NCBI GenBank assembly: GCA_963813715.1
Contig: CAWFAK010000017.1
Location: 544,001-608,000 of the forward strand
Reading direction: 5' to 3'
DNA: 64,000 nt
Source: an uncultured Planctomycetaceae bacterium
Lineage (GTDB): Bacteria > Planctomycetota > Planctomycetia > Planctomycetales > Planctomycetaceae
This document shows, piece by piece, positions 57,313 to 64,000 of this stretch (the stretch's first letter is position 1; each line of letters starts with the position of its first letter). The translations under genes were made by a program, and so were the position numbers. A model generated the notes under the pieces. The model saw nothing but the letters and a program-made list of their open reading frames with translations, had not been told where the DNA came from and did no database searches.

Positions 57313-59122
57313 CTACTTCGCCAAGTCGACTTCGTAGCATGCGGCTTCGGCGTCGTTGCGGACGAGCAGATGCTTTCCCGCCAAGGCCGGGCAGTTCCAC
57401 GTTTTGCCGGTGAGAGCGGGTACTTTGCCGTGCTCCACGAGCTTTTTGGGGTTGGCCTCGATCAGGACGACCGGTCCCGGCTCCGTCTGCACGATGATCA
57501 GATCGTCGACCAGCAGAATCTGGCCGTGCCCGTAACGGCCCCCCTTCCATTTTTGCTGCCCGGTTTTCACGTCCACGCACTGCATGATGCCGTCGTCGAG
57601 CCCGTACACGTAATCGCCGTAGAGTACGGCCGTCGTGAATTTGGTCTTCATGTGGCGGCTCGGTTGTTCCCAGACCGGGGTCGCCGACCAGGTTCCCTTG
57701 TCGTCACGAGCGATTTTGAGCAGTTGGCTTCCTTTCGCGTAGCCGGCCGTGACCAGGACCTGGTCCGGCGCCCCAGCGTGCACGATCGGCTGCGAACACA
57801 TTACGCCGTCTTCGTTCGACCAGTCGTAATGCCAAAGGACCGTTCCGCTGCGGGGGTCGTGTCCCGTGAGTCCTGCGCGTGGTGTTGTTGAGAATCTGCG
57901 CCGAGGAGCCGAACGTCGCCAGCATGGGCGAAGCGTACGCCGCCGGATCGTGCCCCTTGGCCCACACGCGCTCGCCGCTCTCGCGCTTGTAGGCCGCCAG
58001 GCTGGCGTCCGCCTTGCCGGTCGGATCGACGATCACCAGGTCGTCAACGATCAGCGGGGATCCGCTCACGCCGTGACCGGGGAAATCGCCGCCGACGTCG
58101 GCCAGAATGTTCTTCGACCAGATGACGTGTCCCGTGCCGCCGTCGAGGCAATTGAAGATGCCCGTCGCCCCGACGGAATAGACGCGGCCTTCGTAGATCG
58201 TCGGCGTGGACCGCGGGCCGGGGCCGCCCATCAATTGCGTTTTGGGTAGCTCGGCATCATCTTTGTGCACCCAAACTTCGCGGCCGGTTTTTAGCTCACG
58301 GGCGACGACGCACTCCTGATTGCCCCGCTGCTCGAGCGTGAAGGCATAACCGCCGACGACGGAAAAGCTGCCCCAGCCGGCGCCCGTCGGCACTCGCCAC
58401 AACTCGCGCGGCGGATGCTCGTTCCAGTCCCGCGCCAGCTTCACGTTATGCAACACGGCCGTGCGGTCTGGGCCTTGGAACGCGGGGAAATCGGTCAAGC
58501 GGTTTTCCACCAGCTTGATCCCCTGCCCCTCGAGCTCGCCCGCCTGCGTCGTGAAGCTGGCCGTTTTGCGCTGCGAACGCAGGGCGAAGTTGACATGCGT
58601 ATCGCCGCTGAGGCCGGTGACTTCAAACAGCGTGAGATAGGGGATCGTGGCGAAGAGAAGCACGCCGAGCACCGGTCCCCGCACCAGCCAGGGGATGGGA
58701 ATAAAGAAAATCCAGGCCATCCACAGAATCCAGAGCGTCGCCGGGAAGAACCCCGCGAAGACCAGCCAGGCGGGCACCTGGTCCCCGTTGTAGGCGAAGA
58801 CCAGGAACGCATAGAACGCCGACCAGATGGCGAACACGATGCCGAAGGCGATCCAAGCGGTGCGGCGACTGAACTGCGGGGCCAGCCCCAGCGTCAACAG
58901 CATGATGGCGGGCGTCGCGATCAGCAGCATGACCAAAAACCGCGGCTCGATCACCCGGTATTGCGAGTACGTCACCAGCTCGCGCCCGTAGGCGTAGGGC
59001 AAGACCACGGTGGCTGCCATCGCAAGAACCAATCGCGTCCGGCTCACGATGGCCTGCCAGCCGCAACGCGCTCCGGCCGCCGTTAAAGCGAGGCTGGGAG
59101 CATTTTCCGACATCGCCGACAT
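57313..59122 (-). CDS. Membrane-anchored PQQ-like beta-propeller protein (frameshift near 57880)
   Basis: N-terminal TM helices; FQGPDR, GPRSTPTI, TG..xW repeats, YASP. Confidence 0.85.
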
Positions 59123-59263
59123 GGATCTCTCCCGAGGAAACGATTGCTGCAATCAGACATCATCTACGGTAATCGATCCATCCGCCGAAGGAAAAGGCGC
59201 CCCAGGATCGGCGGCGAGGCCGCTTGACTTCGCTCGCGCGGCGAGCGAGTTCTTGGATCGTCG

Positions 59264-59758
59264 ATGAGCGACCGTTTGCTACAACCCAACCACGAGCGCC
59301 GCCTGCTGACCACGTTTCGGCACGTCGACGAACTCGTTTCGCAGGCCGTGGCGCGGCTCGAGCCGGCTTCCTCCGACTCGCCCCTATCCGAGTTTGTGCG
59401 CGACGGCCAGGCCGCGCAGTACCAGGCGGCGGCGGCATTTCTGAACGGACTCCGCGAGCGGATGGGTCGCTTTCTCGCGGACCATCAAATCCCGGTCCCC
59501 AAGCGCAACGTCAGCGCCTTGTGGGCCGCCCACACGGCTTGCCAGCACGCCCGGCTCTCCGTCGAGGAGCTGCGGGCCAGCCCGATGCGCGGCTGCGGCA
59601 AGCTGACCCCCGCGGCCGAGCGCGAATTGGAAACGCTTGCCGACGGACTTTCGAGCGTCCTCCAACGTATGAGCGATCTCCTCGCTCCCCCGGCGCCGCC
59701 TGCTGCGGCGAACTCAAATCCGGCCCCTGCCCCGCCCCCGGCTGGACCCAGCGATTGA
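59264..59758 (+). CDS. Hypothetical helical protein
   Basis: NHERRLLTTFRHVDEL...VEEL...MRG.G.L; resembles a domain I recall associated with bacterial dynamin-like proteins. Confidence 0.6.
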   Translation: MSDRLLQPNHERRLLTTFRHVDELVSQAVARLEPASSDSPLSEFVRDGQAAQYQAAAAFLNGLRERMGRFLADHQIPVPKRNVSALWAAHTACQHARLSVEELRASPMRGCGKLTPAAERELETLADGLSSVLQRMSDLLAPPAPPAAANSNPAPAPPPAGPSD

Positions 59759-59793
59759 GGCTGGTACTGCAGCTGCAATGCTGCGGCTGGCGA

Positions 59794-60576
59794 TCAGGCG
59801 TCGGCCGCCGCGGCTCCATCCCGATACAGGATAACGACGACGTATTCCATCGTGATCATGCCTTCCTGGACCATCTCGTCCAGGTGTGGCAGCAGCCGCT
59901 TGACCTGCTCTTCCGTATCGACGATCTCAATCACGATCGGGAGGTCCGTCGACATTTCTAACAGCGACGTGCTGTGCACGACGCTGCGAGCGCCGAAACC
60001 CTCGGTACCGCGGAGCACCGTCGCTCCGGCCAGCCCCAGCTCGCGGGCTTTGGCGACGATGGCGTCGTGCAGCCGCTGGTTGGCGAAGCGGTCCGATTCC
60101 CCGATAAAGATCCGCAAGAGAATGCCGTGTTCGTTGACCTTCATACGTCCCCTCTCTGCGATCTCGGCCTTCTTTACGATGTCGGGAACCGTGGACAACG
60201 GCTGGAGCAAACCGCCCAGCTTCAGTTCGCCGGGCTCGTCGTGCCGGCGGTCGCGATAGAGCATCACGTTGGCCCGCTCCAGCGTGACCATGCCGTGCTG
60301 CATGATCTCTTCGAGCGGTCCCTCGACGAAATTCACAATTCGCTCGCCGCTGTCGACGATTTCCACGATCACAGGAACGTGCTCGACGATGCTCCATGCC
60401 GAACGCTGGATCAGCCCGTGCGAGCCGTAGCCCACAATCCCCCGCAGCACGGTCGCCCCGGCCAGGTGCTCCTTTCGTGCCGCCTTCACCAGCCGCTCGA
60501 ACGTCGGCGTATGCGGGGCCCGATCCGCACTTTGCAGATAGGCCCGCAATAAGACCTGTTCGCCGAGAAGGCTCAT
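59794..60576 (-). CDS. Tandem DUF190 (PII-like) protein
   Basis: Two repeats: LAGATVLRGIVGYG...PVIVEIVD and LAGATVLRGTEGFG...PIVIEIVD. Confidence 0.88.
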   Translation of the reverse strand: MSLLGEQVLLRAYLQSADRAPHTPTFERLVKAARKEHLAGATVLRGIVGYGSHGLIQRSAWSIVEHVPVIVEIVDSGERIVNFVEGPLEEIMQHGMVTLERANVMLYRDRRHDEPGELKLGGLLQPLSTVPDIVKKAEIAERGRMKVNEHGILLRIFIGESDRFANQRLHDAIVAKARELGLAGATVLRGTEGFGARSVVHSTSLLEMSTDLPIVIEIVDTEEQVKRLLPHLDEMVQEGMITMEYVVVILYRDGAAAADA

Positions 60577-60596
60577 GGCGGCTCTCGAATTCTCCG

Positions 60597-60998
60597 TCAG
60601 CGGCCGGCCAGTGCGACGCCCAGCCGCACCGCGATGACGCCCCCGATCAGACTGCCCAGCATGTAAGCCAGTGCCTTGATCCCCGACCCCTCTTCGAGCA
60701 GCGCGCTCGATTCGTAGGCGAAGGTCGAAAACGTCGAGTAGGTCCCGATAAACCCGACCGCCACGGCTAGCCGCACGGTGTCCGACACGCCGCGGCTGGT
60801 GACGATCGTCATAAACCAGCCGATGAAAACGCACGCCGTGATATTGATGATGAACGTGCCGACGGGAAAGCCGGTGCCGAACAGCCGGCCGCACGCGACT
60901 CCGACGAGATAGCGGAGGATCGCCCCGACCGACGCCGCCACCCCGATCGCCACATAGGGCGCGAAAAACGTCGCCGCGCTTTGAATCACGTCCCTCAT
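60597..60998 (-). CDS. crcB: Fluoride channel Fluc/CrcB
   Basis: GAILRY, FPVGTFIIN, GFIGTYSTFSTFAYE. Confidence 0.93.
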   Translation of the reverse strand: MRDVIQSAATFFAPYVAIGVAASVGAILRYLVGVACGRLFGTGFPVGTFIINITACVFIGWFMTIVTSRGVSDTVRLAVAVGFIGTYSTFSTFAYESSALLEEGSGIKALAYMLGSLIGGVIAVRLGVALAGR

Positions 60999-61057
60999 CG
61001 CCCCTCCGGAATCGGATGACGCGGTCTCAGGAAACGGCACGAACGGTCGCACGACTC

Positions 61058-61100
61058 CAAAAAAAATCCCCCACCGGAAGGCACTGCCTTCTAGTAGGGG
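61058..61100 (-). terminator. Riboswitch expression-platform terminator
   Basis: CCCCTACTAGAAGGCA-G-TGCCTTCCGGTGGGGG followed by a T-tract; the 5' arm overlaps the aptamer end. Confidence 0.75.
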
Positions 61101-61180
61101 TCATCAGCCGGTTCTGGGTGACACTGGCGGCTTGTCCGTCAGTGTTCTTGAATCGGCGGTTTCGGCGAACCCCATCGCCT
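61094..61180 (-). ncRNA. Fluoride riboswitch (crcB motif)
   Basis: GGCGATGGGGTTCGCC-GAAACCGCC...GGCTGATGACCCCTAC directly upstream of crcB. Confidence 0.92.
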
Positions 61181-61385
61181 CGAATGTTCGACTACGCACG
61201 CATTCTAAGCGAACGAACACACGTCGAAAAGCCTGCTTGCGGCAAACTCGCCCGCGCACTCACACGCAGTGATCGAGCGGGGGGGGCATGCCGATTTTCT
61301 TTGAGAGAGCATGCCGATCGGGTATGCTCACGAGCGGGTGCTGGCGTCCGGTCACGTTGGGCAAAAAGTGGAGGGCCGTCCTCCG

Positions 61386-62969
61386 ATGTCACTCTCGACC
61401 AACCGCGGATTCTTGCGGCGAGTCTCGGTTGGCTCTGCGTTCCTAGCGGCGACCCTCGTGTGCGCGAGCGCGAGGCAGGCAGTCGCTTTCGACGACGGGG
61501 GCGCACAGCCTTCGCGACTGTCGAAGGCGGTCACTGGGGCCACGAGCTCCGACTCAGCAAGAACGATTTCCGGTCGCGTGGTCGACGCGCAAGGGAAACC
61601 GGTCGACGGCGCACGAGTCTGGTGGGTCGTGCAGCGAGGCCCGGGCTTCATGGCCGCAGGACGCGCCGACACGGACGGCCGATTCCGCCTGACGACCCCG
61701 CCCGATTGGGTGCCACGAATGTGCTGCGCAGCGCCGACGTGGTCTGGGCCCTCGGGCCCAACAAAGATCTGGCGGTCGCGTGTCTCGGGAATCAACTCGC
61801 AAGCGCAAAAGCCGGCGAGTGGGTGTTGCGACTCAACCCGGCGACAGACGTGACGATCGGCGTCATCGACGATGCTGCCCAACCCGTCGTCGGAGCGTTG
61901 ATCGAGCCCGTGAACTTTCGCGGCGGCCAAGGCATCGACCTCATTCTGGATCCGATCAGCATTGCGCTACGAGCCACCACCAATGCGACGGGCCACGTGC
62001 GAATGCACATTGGCTTTCGGGACTTTTTCAATCTTCGGGTGACGACGGACCGCCTCGGCATTCAACTTGTGCGGCTGAACCCTCGTGATCGAGTGCCCGC
62101 GCGCACAATCCAGCTGAAGGAGGTCGGCCGCATCGAGGGGCGCGTAACCGCAAAACATCCGCACGACGCGCGTGGGGTGCGGATTGGATTTCGCAGCGAG
62201 ACGTCAAGCATCGAGGGCATCGCGACGGCGGTCGCAGACGAACACGGCAACTTTGTCGTCCCGACAATCGTCGCGGGGTCGATTTATGTGAGTGCCGATT
62301 CGCAGCCGGGATCGTCGGCCGTGGCGCCGCGGCCGCCCAAGCCCTTCGCGCTCCAGGCGGGCGAAACCGCCCACGTGGAAATTCCCGTCGAGCGGCTCGT
62401 CACCGTCCGCGGATCTGTGCAAGCCGAGGACTCGCATGCGCCTGTGGCGGGTGCGAACGTGACAGTCGGATTTGGAAACGGCATGCAAGGCGCGCCGGCG
62501 ATCACGGATGCTCATGGCCGGTTCGAGGTCCGGGTTTTGCCAGGCGCCATGTACGTGCCGGCGATCGTTGCCCTCCCACCGGCGACTGAGGCCGACAACG
62601 AGCAAGTGATTGAGCCCTGGAACAAGCAGGTCAATGTGCCGCCTGGCGATCAGCCGTTTGAGATGCCGCCAATCGTCTTGGTCCGCAGGATTACACTCCG
62701 GGGCAAAGTCATCGATCACGGCGGGCAGCCGCTAGCCAACGCCACCGTTTGTGGTGAGCTTGGCAATCACCGCTACGGCTTCTGTGCGATACGGACGCGA
62801 ACGGTGAATTTGTGATGCGACTGCTCCGCTCGATTTCGCCCCAGCGCTACGCAGTCTCCGCGCCCCAACATGATCGCAATTTCGAGGTGACGATTGTGCA
62901 GGAGCGGCCGCTCGTGCTCAAGGCGGTCGATTGGACCAAATTTGCCAAACCGATCGGGCCGCCGGAGTG
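61386..62969 (+). CDS. Secreted protein with repeated carboxypeptidase-regulatory-like beta domains (frameshifts near 61720 and 62780)
   Basis: ISGRVVDAQGKPVDGARV, TDAHGRF and GKVIDHGGQPLANATV repeats. Confidence 0.75.
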
Positions 62970-62991
62970 AACTGCGCAAAAGAACGCCTTC

Positions 62992-64000
62992 TTAAGACGT
63001 CACGGCGTTGATGAGCCGATCGATGTCCTCATCGTTGCAATAGGCGTGCGGCGCGGCCCGCATCCTTCCCGCGCGGGCGTTGACGATCACGCCGCGGGCG
63101 CGGCAATCTTTTTTGAGTTGCAGCGGGTCGCGGCCGGGCACGTCGAACGAGACGATGCCCGAGCGGCGGTTTCCCTCCCGACAGCTGGCGACGGGCAGTC
63201 CCGCGCGCGCGAGTCGCTCGCACAACTGATCGGTGATCCCGAGGAGACGCTCACCGATCTTATCGGGGCCGATCCCGACCAATATCTCGAGGCTCTTGGC
63301 GAGGCCGGCGATCGCCGCCAGGCAGTGCGAGCCTCCTTCGTAGCGGCTGGCATCGGTCTTGAGATCGAAGTTGGTATTTGTGAATTCGCCGGAGTGCCGC
63401 ACGCTGTTCCAGCCAACGCCCACGGCGCGAAGCAAATCGAGCCGCGACCTCCGCACGTAGAGCAGGCCCGCGCCCTCGGGACTCAGGAGCCACTTGTGTC
63501 CGTCAGCCGCGAGCGCGTCGATCGGAATTTGTCCGACATCGAGCGGAAAGACACCCAACCCTTGAATGGCGTCGACAAAAAAGAAGATCTTCCGCCGCGT
63601 GCAAATCTCCGCCAGCGCAGCGAGATCATTCCGCCACCCCGTCTTGTACCCGACCCAGCTCACTGCCACGACTCGAGTGCGCGAATCGCAGGCCCGCTCA
63701 ACTGCGGACGGATCGACCCGCTCGTTCTCGGCGGCTGCGACCTGCCGCGTTTCGACGCCCCGAGTGGCCAGATTCAACCACGGATAAAGATTCGAGGGAA
63801 ACTCGCTCGACAGCGTGACGACGTTGTCGCCCGCCTGCCAGGGGAATCCCTCCGCGATGAAGTTGATCCCCTCGGTCGTATTGTGAATGACGGCGATTTC
63901 GTCCGGCGCGGCGCCGATCAGCTTCGCACCCAAATTGCGGGCCGTCTCGACGGTTGTCCGCCAACGGGTCCAGTTCGCGACGCCACTGGTTGCGTTGTCG
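62992..64000 (-). CDS. Class V PLP aminotransferase/cysteine desulfurase-like; 5' end lies outside the window
   Basis: NTTEGI, VDAIQ, DGHKWLLSPEG. Confidence 0.88.
   Translation of the reverse strand, partial: DNATSGVANWTRWRTTVETARNLGAKLIGAAPDEIAVIHNTTEGINFIAEGFPWQAGDNVVTLSSEFPSNLYPWLNLATRGVETRQVAAAENERVDPSAVERACDSRTRVVAVSWVGYKTGWRNDLAALAEICTRRKIFFFVDAIQGLGVFPLDVGQIPIDALAADGHKWLLSPEGAGLLYVRRSRLDLLRAVGVGWNSVRHSGEFTNTNFDLKTDASRYEGGSHCLAAIAGLAKSLEILVGIGPDKIGERLLGITDQLCERLARAGLPVASCREGNRRSGIVSFDVPGRDPLQLKKDCRARGVIVNARAGRMRAAPHAYCNDEDIDRLINAVTS

Overview
GC-rich bacterial chromosomal window. Gene content and style suggest Planctomycetota (inference). Many single-base frameshifts, including in purD, leuD and ackA, point to uncorrected sequencing indels rather than pseudogenes. 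Contents: (1) housekeeping genes (purD, asd, lysA, leuCD, pfk, accBC, Xaa-Pro peptidase, acpS, prpD, ackA, tatA); (2) a triuret/biuret/allophanate catabolic operon (atzF, BMP-type ABC transporter, biuH, trtA); (3) a general-stress island (ligD, ferritin-like proteins, DUF3309, CsbD x2, tail-anchored DUF883-like proteins, YqjE-like, AI-2E, YihY, YciF, DUF6496); (4) a fluoride riboswitch-fluc-tandem DUF190 unit. The most striking unannotated pattern is about 10 correctly spaced sigma54 (-24/-12) motifs placed upstream of the stress genes and the N-scavenging operon, suggesting a sigma54-run stress regulon. Other points of interest are a ~176 nt 6S-like hairpin upstream of tatA, a secreted PDZ protein with a His-less Cu/Zn-SOD-like domain, and a halogenase-like/sulfotransferase pair. 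All calls come from motif recognition by eye; no searches were run.
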